Positions 9,302 through 18,774 of a stretch of 64,000 nucleotides of DNA are shown here, piece by piece. The notes under the pieces were generated by a model. It was not told the DNA's origin and ran no database searches. It saw only the letters and a list, made by a program, of their open reading frames with translations. Positions within the stretch are counted from its first letter, which is position 1. Every line of letters starts with the position of its first letter. Position numbers and translations under genes: made by a program. The stretch spans positions 1 through 64,000 of the forward strand of contig CAVVUS010000044.1 in assembly GCA_963751345.1 (NCBI GenBank), read 5' to 3'. The DNA is from an uncultured Chloroflexia bacterium (GTDB taxonomy: Bacteria; Chloroflexota; Anaerolineae; B4-G1; SLSP01).

Positions 9302-10936
9302 CTACCGGATGCCGAGGACGTAGCGCAGGGCGAGGGAATTGGTGAGCCGCTCGACGGGTGCGAGGTCGTCGGTGAAGACGAGGTCGCTTGCTCCCGGAGC
9401 TCTCATGTTGTCCAGGGCCTGCTGCGCCAGATAGCTCAGCCGGGGATCCTCCAGCAGCGGCAGGTTGGCCGCGAGGTTGGCCGGGGTGCTCGGACGGACG
9501 GTGGCGACGACGATGGCGTTGAAGCTGCCCGGCACCTCGATGACGTGCACTGACGGGAAGACCTTCCCCATTGTGTTGGCCATCGCATCGACGAGGCGCC
9601 AGTCACCTCCGGACGCTCCCGTTCCGGGCGTATGTCCTACGTTGATGGCCACCACGCCGTCGTCTCGCAGGTGGTCCCTGACGGCCTGGAAGAACTCGAT
9701 CGTCGTCAGGTGCCACGGGATGTAGGGCAGCCGGTAGGCGTCGACGGCGATGAGGCTATACCGGTGATCCGACTGAAGCAGATAGGTGCGCCCGTCCGCG
9801 ATGTGCACGTCGAGGTTCGGCATGGTCATGCCGAAGTAGGTGCGACCGGTCCGGATGATCGCCGGGTCGATCTCCACGCCGTCGATAGGGAGCGGGCCAT
9901 AGACCTCGGTGAACTGCGTCGCGGTTGTGCCGGCGGCAAGGCCGACGATGAGCAGATCCTCGATCCGCTCCGGCCCGTAGGGCGGTGGGTTGAAGTAGGG
10001 CGCGATCAGGTAGTCATCCCACGGCCCGCCGGTCAGGAGAGCCAAGGGATCGCCGTCTCCCTCGTAGAGGGCGGGCGGCGTGTAGATGGAGTGGATCCCC
10101 TGTCCCTCATTCAACAGCAAGAATCTCCGCCCGGACCCGTCTTCCACAACCTGGATCAGGTTGTAGGTGGATTCCTCCTCGTGAATCAGGTTCGTCTGGG
10201 GCTTGATCGTGGCAGGCTCCCACACGAAGAGGCCGCCCAGGATCAGGATGGTCCACGCGAGGGACCAGAAACGGCGGCGATGGGTGGACCAAAGCCCCCA
10301 CAGGCCGGTCAGGAGTGCGATCAGCGCCAGCAGGAGAAACGTCCGCCGCGTCCCGATCGCGGGAATCAGCACCAAGTTCGGTAGGAAGGTGCCGATGAAG
10401 CTGCCCAACGTCGAGACGGCGGTGAAGCCGCCCACGGCGCCCCCGGTGCTGGCGACGTCCCTGACCGATAGCCGAATCGCGAAGGGCGAGACACACGCCA
10501 GAAGCGTGACCGGGGCCGCGAAGAGCACCAAGACCACCACGAACGGACCCGCAATCAGGCCCAGATTCCATACGCGCATTCCCCGCGCCGCGGCCAGGAG
10601 CAGGGGCCGGGACGCGATGGGGATGACGCTTATCGCCAGCCCCGCCAGAGCCAGGACGGTGTACAGCGTCGCCGCGCTCGGGCGGCGATCCGCCCATCGC
10701 CCACCGAGGGCGTAGCCCGCAGACAGGTAGAGTAGGATCAACCCGATGACGACGGACCAGACGAGGTCTGTGGTGCCAAACGCCGGGGCCAGTAGCCGCG
10801 CTGCGGCCAATTCAAGCGCCAGCGACACGAGGCCGCCGACGAAAACAGTGGCCAGCAGCCGGGGTCGCGAGACCGGTGCCTGGGATGCCGGCTCCTCCAC
10901 GAGACCCGGCGGTGCACCCAGGGACAGACTATCCAT
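9302..10936 (-). CDS. Fused MFS-like/spermidine synthase-like membrane protein
   Basis: N-terminal TM domain (LELAAARLLAPAFG, GSFIGTF). C-terminal class I SAM fold (IVGLAAGT, GVEIDP, DGR, VDAY, PWHLTTIEFF, FTDDLAPVE). ATG overlaps the ubiD stop (TGATG). Confidence 0.9.
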   Translation of the reverse strand: MDSLSLGAPPGLVEEPASQAPVSRPRLLATVFVGGLVSLALELAAARLLAPAFGTTDLVWSVVIGLILLYLSAGYALGGRWADRRPSAATLYTVLALAGLAISVIPIASRPLLLAAARGMRVWNLGLIAGPFVVVLVLFAAPVTLLACVSPFAIRLSVRDVASTGGAVGGFTAVSTLGSFIGTFLPNLVLIPAIGTRRTFLLLALIALLTGLWGLWSTHRRRFWSLAWTILILGGLFVWEPATIKPQTNLIHEEESTYNLIQVVEDGSGRRFLLLNEGQGIHSIYTPPALYEGDGDPLALLTGGPWDDYLIAPYFNPPPYGPERIEDLLIVGLAAGTTATQFTEVYGPLPIDGVEIDPAIIRTGRTYFGMTMPNLDVHIADGRTYLLQSDHRYSLIAVDAYRLPYIPWHLTTIEFFQAVRDHLRDDGVVAINVGHTPGTGASGGDWRLVDAMANTMGKVFPSVHVIEVPGSFNAIVVATVRPSTPANLAANLPLLEDPRLSYLAQQALDNMRAPGASDLVFTDDLAPVERLTNSLALRYVLGIR

Positions 10937-12429
10937 CAGAGACCCAGTTCCTTCCAGAGGCTGTCGACGCGGGCCTTGACCTCCGGATCCATCCGGACGA
11001 CCTCGGGCCACCCACGTGGGTGGCCCTCTTCGGGCAACTTCGCCGTCGCGTCGATCCCGATCTTCCCGCCGAACGCCGAGAGCGGGGCGGCGTGATCGAG
11101 TTGGTCGACGGGGCCGTCGGCGACCATGACGTCACGCGTCCAGTCGACGTTGCCCAGCGCTTGCCAGCCCGCCTGCACGGGATCATGGATGTCGACCCAG
11201 TCGTCGACGATCACGATAGCCTTGGCCAGGCTTAGCAGCGCCAACCCCCACAGCCCGTGGATGACTTTGCGTGCGTGGCCGGGGAAGCGTTTCCTGATGC
11301 TGACGAGCACCAGGTTGTGAAAGAGGCCGGGCACCGGCATCGCCAGGTCGACGACCTCGGGCAGGAAGAGTCGGATCAGAGGAAGGAAAAGCCTTTCCGT
11401 GGCCTTGCCCATCCAGTAGTCCTCCATCGGCGGGATGCCCACGACGGTCGCGGGATAGATCGCATCCTCGCGCCGGGTGATCGCCGTGACGTGGAAGACC
11501 GGGAAGGGCTCCACGGGCGTGTAGTAGCCGGTGTGGTCGCCAAACGGCCCCTCGGGCCGATGCTCGTTGGGATCGACGTAGCCCTCAATCACGATGTCGG
11601 CGTTGGCCGGCACCTCCAGGGGTTGGGTCACGCAGTCCACGAAGGGGACGGCACGCCCGCGCAGCCAGCCCGCCAGCCAGTACTCGTCGATGTCCGGTGG
11701 CAGGGGAGCTGAGGCTGACCAGATGCAGGCCGGATCGCCGCCCAGCACGATGGCGGCAGGGATCTTCGGCTTGGCCTCCTCCCGTGCCACCCTCTCGTGC
11801 TCGGCCCCGCCCTTGTGACGCTGCCAGTGTACCAACAACGTCGTATCGTCGACCTTCTGCAGCCGGTACATTCCGACGTTGCGCGTGCCCTTCACGGGAT
11901 CGCGGGTGATGACCTGGGGCAGCGTGACGAACGGCCCGCCATCCTTTGGCCAGCACGTGAGGATGGGAATATCGGCGAGCGAGGGCGCTGCGGTCTCGAC
12001 AATGGCCTGCACGGGGGCACGGTGTGCCCTCCGCGGCTTGATGCCGGCGTCCCGCAGGGCGCGCACGAGGTCGCCCCCGCGGCTCAGCGCGTCGCCGAGC
12101 CCGCCGGGCGGCCGCAGATCGATCAGCTCCTCCAGCCTGCGGCGCAGGTCATCGAGTTGGTCGACGCCGAGCGCCCACGCCATCCTCTCGGCGCTGCCGA
12201 ACATATTGATCAGCACGGGCATCGTGCCCCGCGGCGGGGGATCCCCGGGCGTCCGAACGCCTTTGACGTTCTCGAAGAGCAGCGCCTTGTTCTGTGGCGC
12301 CGGACCCTTGCTGACGCGATCCACGATCTCGGTGATCTCAAGGTCCGGAGAGACGGCAGTGCTAATCCTGACCAACTGCCCGCGATCCTCCAGCAGACTG
12401 ACGAAATCGGCCAGGCTACCATATGGCAT
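10936..12429 (-). CDS. ubiD: UbiD family decarboxylase (menaquinone biosynthesis decarboxylase, MqnL-like)
   Basis: LEITEI, ALLFENV, WPKDGGPFVTLP, RNVGMYRLQ, EGPFGDHTGYY, GIPPMEDYW, GGKIGIDATAK. Confidence 0.95.
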   Translation of the reverse strand: MPYGSLADFVSLLEDRGQLVRISTAVSPDLEITEIVDRVSKGPAPQNKALLFENVKGVRTPGDPPPRGTMPVLINMFGSAERMAWALGVDQLDDLRRRLEELIDLRPPGGLGDALSRGGDLVRALRDAGIKPRRAHRAPVQAIVETAAPSLADIPILTCWPKDGGPFVTLPQVITRDPVKGTRNVGMYRLQKVDDTTLLVHWQRHKGGAEHERVAREEAKPKIPAAIVLGGDPACIWSASAPLPPDIDEYWLAGWLRGRAVPFVDCVTQPLEVPANADIVIEGYVDPNEHRPEGPFGDHTGYYTPVEPFPVFHVTAITRREDAIYPATVVGIPPMEDYWMGKATERLFLPLIRLFLPEVVDLAMPVPGLFHNLVLVSIRKRFPGHARKVIHGLWGLALLSLAKAIVIVDDWVDIHDPVQAGWQALGNVDWTRDVMVADGPVDQLDHAAPLSAFGGKIGIDATAKLPEEGHPRGWPEVVRMDPEVKARVDSLWKELGL

Positions 12430-12526
12430 GACGTACCTCCCAGGTGGACAGCAACCAGTGACGAGTGACAGGTGATGGGATATGGCGAGAACTCTGAGCC
12501 GATCACGTATGACTGACGACTCTCTA

Positions 12527-13300
12527 TCAACTGCGCTGCCTCGCCCAGGGACAGAGACGGCGCTCCAGGACGTCGACGCCGGCCGTTAGCCCAAAACCGA
12601 GAAGGCTCATCGCCAAGATGCCCGCGTACATCCGCGGGTAGTCAAAGAGCGTGTTTCCTTCCAGATAGATATAGTATCCGAGGCCGTAGCGGGTGGCGAA
12701 GAGCTCGGCGACGTAGAGCACGGCCACCGCCGTGCCGATGGACTGCCGGACCGCCGTCAGCACGGCCGGCAGGCTGGCGGGAACGTAGACATAGCGGAAG
12801 AGCGCGCGGCGGCCCGCGCCCAGGCTGCGGACGCTTGTCAGGAGCTCGGGACGAATGGCGGCGGCCGCATCCCGAACCAGCACGAGGATCTGGAAGAAGA
12901 GGATCAGCGTGATGATCGCAATCTTGGGCAAGTTGCCCACGCCGAGCACCAGCAGGACGATGGGGACCAGCACGACCTTGGGGATGGGATAGAGCAGATA
13001 GACGAAGGGTGCAAGGATGCTACTCACGCGACGGCTCTGCCCGAGGATCAGCCCGGCCGGGGCCGCCGTGAAGATGGCGAGACTGATCCCTGCGACGACG
13101 CGCCACAGGCTGGCCAGGAAATGGCGGCCCAAAGTCCAGGGCAAGTCCGTCAGAAAGATCGCGAGCACCTTGGTTGGAGGGGGGAGGACCGGGACCGCAA
13201 GCAGGATGGCCGTGAGCTGCCAGAGCAAGAGCAGGGCGACCAGTGCGGCCAGCCTGGACGGCAGCAGCCACCGGTTCGCGGACCCGGATACTCCGGTCAC
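12527..13300 (-). CDS. NitT/TauT family ABC transporter permease
   Basis: LPPP, SLWRV, YPIPKVVLVP, RSLGA..LFRYVYVPASLP, AELFATRYGLGY. Confidence 0.93.
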   Translation of the reverse strand: MTGVSGSANRWLLPSRLAALVALLLLWQLTAILLAVPVLPPPTKVLAIFLTDLPWTLGRHFLASLWRVVAGISLAIFTAAPAGLILGQSRRVSSILAPFVYLLYPIPKVVLVPIVLLVLGVGNLPKIAIITLILFFQILVLVRDAAAAIRPELLTSVRSLGAGRRALFRYVYVPASLPAVLTAVRQSIGTAVAVLYVAELFATRYGLGYYIYLEGNTLFDYPRMYAGILAMSLLGFGLTAGVDVLERRLCPWARQRS

Positions 13301-13338
13301 TCGCGTGCGCCCTCAGCTGCCGGATGCGTGCATGGTGC

Positions 13339-14118
13339 TCACTCACCGGCGTCGAGAATCTCGCGGAGCCGCGCACAGGTGGTCTGGTAGGCGGTGGAAC
13401 TCCGATAGGCATCGTCGGTCACGTGCTCATTGTCGATCACATTGGTGGCCCTGTTGGGTGGCGTCTTCAGCAACAGGACTCTCTGCCCAATGTAGGCTGC
13501 TTCCTCGATGCTGTGGGTCACCAAGACGACGGTGAGATGCGCCTCAGCGCATAAGCTGAGGGTGAGATGCTGGAGGCTTTCTCGCGTCGGGGCATCCAGC
13601 GCAGAGAAGGGCTCATCCATCAGTAATAGGTCCGGGTCCATGACCAAAGCACGGGCGATCGCAGCGCGCTGACGCTGACCGCCCGACACCTCGCCGGGGA
13701 ACCGGTCTGCAACCTCGGCGATGGCCAGGCGGTTCAGCCAGTGGTCGACACGAGACCGCGCGTCGCCTGCGGCTAGGGCGGCCCCACGAGGGGCGTGACG
13801 CCCGTCGGGGCCATAGAAGCGTTGGATTCGCAGGCCAAGTTCGACGTTGCCGCGAATGGTAGCCCAGGGCAGGAGCCCGTACTCCTGAAGGATCAGGCTG
13901 GTGCCCGGACGTGGGCGGGCGAGGGGAGTGTCTCGAACGATGATCTCTCCCTGTTGCGGACAGAGCAGCCCCGCAAGGAGCAGCAGGAGCGTGCTCTTGC
14001 CGCAGCCTGATGGCCCCAGGATGGACCAGACCTCGCCTTGCGCGCCTTGCCAGGCAAACGACTCAAAGACCGGGAGGCCACCGTCGTAGGCAAAGGTCAC
14101 CCGGTCTAGCGCAAACAT
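13339..14118 (-). CDS. NitT/TauT family ABC transporter ATP-binding protein
   Basis: Walker A GPSGCGKST, LLPWAT, VSGGQRQR, LLLMDEPFSALD, VTHSIEEA. Confidence 0.95.
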   Translation of the reverse strand: MFALDRVTFAYDGGLPVFESFAWQGAQGEVWSILGPSGCGKSTLLLLLAGLLCPQQGEIIVRDTPLARPRPGTSLILQEYGLLPWATIRGNVELGLRIQRFYGPDGRHAPRGAALAAGDARSRVDHWLNRLAIAEVADRFPGEVSGGQRQRAAIARALVMDPDLLLMDEPFSALDAPTRESLQHLTLSLCAEAHLTVVLVTHSIEEAAYIGQRVLLLKTPPNRATNVIDNEHVTDDAYRSSTAYQTTCARLREILDAGE

Positions 14119-14308
14119 CGCTGCCTCTGCCGGACGGCTGACGCCAAATCCGGCCCTGCCGCGGCCCGGGCACCTGCAACGCGCGACCTCGCCGAGTCTC
14201 GCCCGCTCTGCCTCGGGTCGATACGTGCGCAGGGGCTGCTGTCGCGCCGCAGTTGTATGCGTGCGCATGCAGGCGGGACGCCCGCGGTCCAACGTGTTGG
14301 CAGCCGGG

Positions 14309-15265
14309 TCAGTCGTGCAGATAGGCATCGGTGATGCTGTCTTCATAGGGCAGGGCGGTGTCCAACCGTCCTGTGTCCTGCAACCATGAGAGGACGTCGG
14401 CGAACTGGGCGGGCGTGGCGACCTCGGGTCCGGGATAGTCCGGCAGGACGTAGCTGCCGATCAACGGCGCGGGGACGATTTGTTTCTCGGAAAGGAGATC
14501 CGACCAGCGGCCCTTATCTGCGTTGATCGCTGCGCTAGCGTCATCGATGGCACGAATGAACCGCCTCACGGCGTCGCTGCGATCGCGGACGACGTCGGCC
14601 CGCATGGCGTAGAGGCTGCAGCTGTACTCGGGATGCGCCGAGTCGTCGATGATGAGTGTGGCGCCCTGCATCGCGGCAAGCGAACCGAGTGGTTCCGGCA
14701 GCGTCGCCGCCGCTAACTCCCCGGCACTGAGGAGCGACATCCGGTCCGGGATGCGGGGCACGGCAAGGGTCTCGATCTCGCTATAGGGCACGCCGGCTGC
14801 AGCGAGAAGCCGATCCGTCACGTACTCGATGACCGTCCCCTCGGAGACACCGACCGGAACGCCGGCCAGATCTGCCGGCGTCGTGTACCCAGAAGCTGCG
14901 GAGGCCAGGATGCGGAACTGGGGCGACTGCGCGGTCGGCACCATTGCGTAGCGCAGCCCGATCACCTGGGTCGCGTCATGGTTGTAGAGTGCAAGCGCGA
15001 CCAGGTCGGTGATCATGCCGTCGATCTGACCTGCCTGCAGGAGCTGATCTCGCTCGGCGGCCGAACTGGCTGGGACTAGCTCAACTTCGATGCCCTCATC
15101 CGCAAAGTAGCCCTCTTGCTGCGCGACGTAGAGTGGCAGCGCGTCGACGATCGGCAGCACGGCAATGCGCAGCGGGGTGGGGACAGCCGTGCCGCCACAT
15201 CCGCCCAAGAGAGCACCAAAGGAGACTGCAAGCGACACCAGCATCAGCTTCTTGAACTTGATCAT
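14309..15265 (-). CDS. ABC substrate-binding lipoprotein (SsuA/THI5-like), paralog A
   Basis: LGGC lipobox; LRIAVLPIVDALPLYVAQQEGYFADEGIEVELV; LPEP. Confidence 0.92.
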   Translation of the reverse strand: MIKFKKLMLVSLAVSFGALLGGCGGTAVPTPLRIAVLPIVDALPLYVAQQEGYFADEGIEVELVPASSAAERDQLLQAGQIDGMITDLVALALYNHDATQVIGLRYAMVPTAQSPQFRILASAASGYTTPADLAGVPVGVSEGTVIEYVTDRLLAAAGVPYSEIETLAVPRIPDRMSLLSAGELAAATLPEPLGSLAAMQGATLIIDDSAHPEYSCSLYAMRADVVRDRSDAVRRFIRAIDDASAAINADKGRWSDLLSEKQIVPAPLIGSYVLPDYPGPEVATPAQFADVLSWLQDTGRLDTALPYEDSITDAYLHD

Positions 15266-15346
15266 GGTCCTGTCTTCACCACTCAGTCAGGCCGGTTCGT
15301 ATTACTACGAACCCCGATCATCTGCCTCACAGGCTCCCACGTGGCG

Positions 15347-16303
15347 TCAATGCTGCACGTAGGCGTCGGTAACCACGTCCTCATAGCGGACGTCTGTGGT
15401 CAGTTGTCCTTTATCCTTCAGCCATGCCACCACGTCTGCGAACTGCGCCTGCGTGGGAACAGAGGATTCCGGAAGTTCCGGCGGGACGTAATCCGCCTGC
15501 AGCGAAGCCGGCACGAGCGACTGTTCGGAGAGGAGGCCCGACCAGCGGGTCTTGTCGGCGTTGATCGCGGCGCTGGCGCGATCGAAAGCGCGCACGAAGG
15601 CCGCCACGGTTGCCCCGCGATCCCTTATCACGTCGGCCCGCATCACGAAGATGCTGCAGCTATACTCCGGGTGAGTCCGGTCGTCAATCACCACGCGTGC
15701 GCCCTGCTGAATGGCCAGAACGCTGAGTGGCTCCTGCAGCATCGCAGCCGCGACCTCGCCGGAACTGAGGAGCGCCATCCGCTCAGGTATGCGGGGCACC
15801 CCAACGAACTTTATGTCGCTGGGGTCCAGTCCTTCCGCGGTAAGGAGCCGGTAGGTCACGTACTCGATGACGGTCCCCTCGGAGACACCGATCGGCACGC
15901 CGCGCAGGTCCTCCGGCGACGTGATCGAGGATTTCCCGGACGCCAGGATGCTGAACTCTGCCGAGCTCGCCGTGGGAACCATCCCATATCGCACCGCGAT
16001 GACGTTGACACTGTCGCGATTGTAGAGTACCAGTGCCGGAAGGTCCGTCACCCCGCCGTCGATCTGCTTTGCCTGAAGAAGCTGGTCACGGTCAGGGCTC
16101 GAGCTGACCGGCACAATCTCGACCTGGATGCCCTCGTCGGCAAAGTAGCCTTCCTGCTGTGCCACATACACCGGCAGCGTGTCGATGATCGGCAGCACGG
16201 CAATTCGCAGAGGCGCATCGTCGGATGCCTGTGCCCGGCATCCCGCCAGGGCGCCCACGAGCACAGCGACAGCGCACATTACCCGGACAGATCGCTTTCC
16301 CAT
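15347..16303 (-). CDS. ABC substrate-binding lipoprotein (SsuA/THI5-like), paralog B
   Basis: LAGC lipobox; visibly homologous to 14309..15265 along its whole length (VAQQEGYFADEGI, GVSEGTVIEYVT, HPEYSCS). Confidence 0.92.
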   Translation of the reverse strand: MGKRSVRVMCAVAVLVGALAGCRAQASDDAPLRIAVLPIIDTLPVYVAQQEGYFADEGIQVEIVPVSSSPDRDQLLQAKQIDGGVTDLPALVLYNRDSVNVIAVRYGMVPTASSAEFSILASGKSSITSPEDLRGVPIGVSEGTVIEYVTYRLLTAEGLDPSDIKFVGVPRIPERMALLSSGEVAAAMLQEPLSVLAIQQGARVVIDDRTHPEYSCSIFVMRADVIRDRGATVAAFVRAFDRASAAINADKTRWSGLLSEQSLVPASLQADYVPPELPESSVPTQAQFADVVAWLKDKGQLTTDVRYEDVVTDAYVQH

Positions 16304-16334
16304 TTGGTCTTCCCCCCATCGTGGTAAACCTACA

Positions 16335-17081
16335 CTAAGACAACGAAGCCAGCAGGAGTTCATCATTATAGGGCCGCACGTACTCAATACTCGGCACCTC
16401 ATTCGGGTCGGTGGTCAGGTAGATCAGTGTGGTCAGAGAAGCGGTAGCCGGGTACTTGTCCGTGATGCCGAATCGCGCCAAGGAACGTCTGAGCGAAACT
16501 TGCACTCCCTCATGCATCGTGTGCAGCACCGTAAAAGCGATGACGTCGCCGTGGGTGACCACGACCACGTGTTGGCCGGGGAATCTCGCCCGGACGCCAG
16601 CGACAAACCGGGCGCCGCGAGCGCCGATCTCCTCCGGCACTTCGAAACCCCCGTCAACGCCGGTGTAGAGATCCCATCCACGGGCCTCGACCTCCTCCGC
16701 GGGGTGACCTTCGAAGTAACACCGAATCTCATCGACCAGGTCCGTCCGCGAGATGGCCAGGTCCTGATGGTGGTGCTGAAGGATCTCCGAGGTCTCAACG
16801 GCGCGCTGCTGCGGGCTTGTGAAGACGGCGGCGAGTTCGGCGTCGCGCAGATGCGCGGCAGCGGCTTCCACCTGCTGCCGTCCCACTGTGCTCAACCCAA
16901 AGCCAGGCAAGCGGCCGTAGATGACGTTATCGGGGTTGTGAACGTGCCCGTGCCGTACCAGTGTGATGCGGGTCGGGGCTGTGGGAGTGTGAGGTGGGGC
17001 AGCCCGCCTTTCTCGGACGGCACCCAACGGTCTGCTGTGGATCTCTTCCTTCGTCGAAGCTTGGTCTTTACTTGGCGTCAT
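16335..17081 (-). CDS. Histidine phosphatase (phosphoglycerate mutase-like) family protein
   Basis: LVRHG, SPQQRAVET and VVTHGD catalytic motifs; start uncertain. Confidence 0.88.
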   Translation of the reverse strand: MTPSKDQASTKEEIHSRPLGAVRERRAAPPHTPTAPTRITLVRHGHVHNPDNVIYGRLPGFGLSTVGRQQVEAAAAHLRDAELAAVFTSPQQRAVETSEILQHHHQDLAISRTDLVDEIRCYFEGHPAEEVEARGWDLYTGVDGGFEVPEEIGARGARFVAGVRARFPGQHVVVVTHGDVIAFTVLHTMHEGVQVSLRRSLARFGITDKYPATASLTTLIYLTTDPNEVPSIEYVRPYNDELLLASLS

Positions 17082-17107
17082 ATGCCGGTTGTCTCTGTTT
17101 GGCCCGG

Positions 17108-17978
17108 TCAGGCGGTCACCAGGTAGGATACCGCGACGCTCAGGAAGAGCGTGACGCTGATGATCCCGTTGACATTGAAGAAGGCAACGTTGATCCTTGT
17201 CAGGTCCTCCGGCGCGACCATTCGATGTTCGGCTACAAGCAGCGCGCTGATGATGACCAGCCCAACACCGTACGGCCACGCGAGCCTCTGGACGATGCCG
17301 ACGGTGGCAAGCAATCCCACCGTCACAACGTGGCTCAGCGTGGAAAGCCTCAGAGCAGCCGGCACGCCAAAGCGCGCCGGAATCGCGTGCAGCCCACATG
17401 CCCGATCGACATCTGCATCCTGGCAGGCATAGATCGTGTCAACCCCGCCCATCCAGAAGGTCACAGTCGCCAGCAGAAGCCAGGCCACGATGTCGCCGGA
17501 CGTGAATAAAGAGCCACGGATGGCGACCCAGGCGCCGATCGCCGCCAGGCCATCGGTGAAACCGAGCATATAGTTGGCGAGCCACGTGAAGCGCTTGGTG
17601 AAGGAGTAACCGACCAGGAAGAAGAGGGCGACCGGCAGAAGCTTCAGTGGCAGGGGGCCCAGTCGCCACGCGGCGATCACCAGTATGATGGTGGCCACAG
17701 CCACGCCGATCCAGGCTTGCCTGGCCGTGATGCGCCCACTCACGAGGGGGCGATTGGCCGTCCGAGGGTTCTAGCGCGTCATAGGCACGGTCGGCCAACC
17801 GATTCGTCGCCATCGCCATCGTCCTGGCAGCCGCCATCGCGATGGTGATCCAGAGCACCTGCCACCCTCTCGGCCATCCGCTTGCAGCCAGGAGCATGCC
17901 CACGTAGGCAAAGGGCAGTGCGAAAATGGTGTGCTCGAACTTGATCAGCTCAAGGAAGTCACGGATTCCTCTGAACAT
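17108..17978 (-). CDS. ubiA: UbiA-like polyprenyltransferase (MqnP-like); frameshift near 17770
   Basis: IKFEHTIFALPFAY, AARTMAMATNRLADRAYDA in ORF 17439..17987, then YSFTKRFTW, DTIYACQD and AFFNVNG in ORF 17108..17743. Confidence 0.9.
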
Positions 17979-18021
17979 GGTCGACATTATACCACGTTGG
18001 GCGAAGGCCCGGCGAGACCGA

Positions 18022-18450
18022 TCAGGGGGATGGGCTCGGACGCGAGGACAGGGTGCTGAGCAAGATGCCGGCGACCTGTGCGGTCAGAAACTCCACGAAG
18101 ATGAGGATCTGTGATATGCCGCGGCTAAGCGCGCCGATGGTGCTCATCGGGCCGCGGATGTGGAAGAGATAGAGATAGCCGACGATCAGCACGCCCAGCG
18201 CCGTCGTCGCGGCGAGGCCAAACAGGTGCTCCGCCCCGTTCCGGCCCCGATGCAGGAAACGCTCGGCGACCGCGCCGGTGACCGCCCCGCCAGCAGCGGC
18301 TATACCGCAGCCGGCCAGCGTGGATCCGGCGAGGTTAGGCCCGACCCAGCCCAGGGCAATCGCGATCCACGCCAGCGCCGGAGGCGCCAGGAGCAGGCCC
18401 CCGACGCCTAGCCATAGCTGCCCGTGAGGTGCGCCTGAGGATGCGTTCAC
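18022..18450 (-). CDS. Four-TM membrane protein of unknown function
   Basis: 142-aa hydrophobic ORF in the same strand run, 6 bp from the upstream gene. Confidence 0.65.
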   Translation of the reverse strand: MNASSGAPHGQLWLGVGGLLLAPPALAWIAIALGWVGPNLAGSTLAGCGIAAAGGAVTGAVAERFLHRGRNGAEHLFGLAATTALGVLIVGYLYLFHIRGPMSTIGALSRGISQILIFVEFLTAQVAGILLSTLSSRPSPSP

Positions 18451-18456
18451 GCTGAG

Positions 18457-18768
18457 CTACTGCGATCCTGCGTTAGCCGACTTCGACTGCTGGACACTGG
18501 CTACCGCGTGGACGATGACGACGACGCCCAACGCGATCCACAGGAGGCGAGCCCACCAGCGGCCTTCGGTCGCTGCCATACCGCCGACGAACAGCAGGAG
18601 TCCGGCGTCCAGCGCAAGCGCGTACTTGAGTTCGTTGAGCTTGTGGCGGGTCCTGACGTGCGCCTGATAGGCTGCATATCGCGCCCACGACCACGTCGCC
18701 AGGAGAACAGAGAGCCCGAGAATCCACAGGCCGTTGCGAACTACATCCCACACGTCAATCACGTTCAT
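18457..18768 (-). CDS. Small three-TM membrane protein
   Basis: AGGAGG RBS; NGLWILGLSVLLATWSWA. Confidence 0.75.
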   Translation of the reverse strand: MNVIDVWDVVRNGLWILGLSVLLATWSWARYAAYQAHVRTRHKLNELKYALALDAGLLLFVGGMAATEGRWWARLLWIALGVVVIVHAVASVQQSKSANAGSQ

Positions 18769-18774
18769 TCCCTC

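Noticed and set aside
12430-12526. Heptamer repeats (TCACCTG TCACTCG TCACTGG on the minus strand) upstream of ubiD
   Set aside because: Short, degenerate, low-complexity intergenic repeats with no testable structure.
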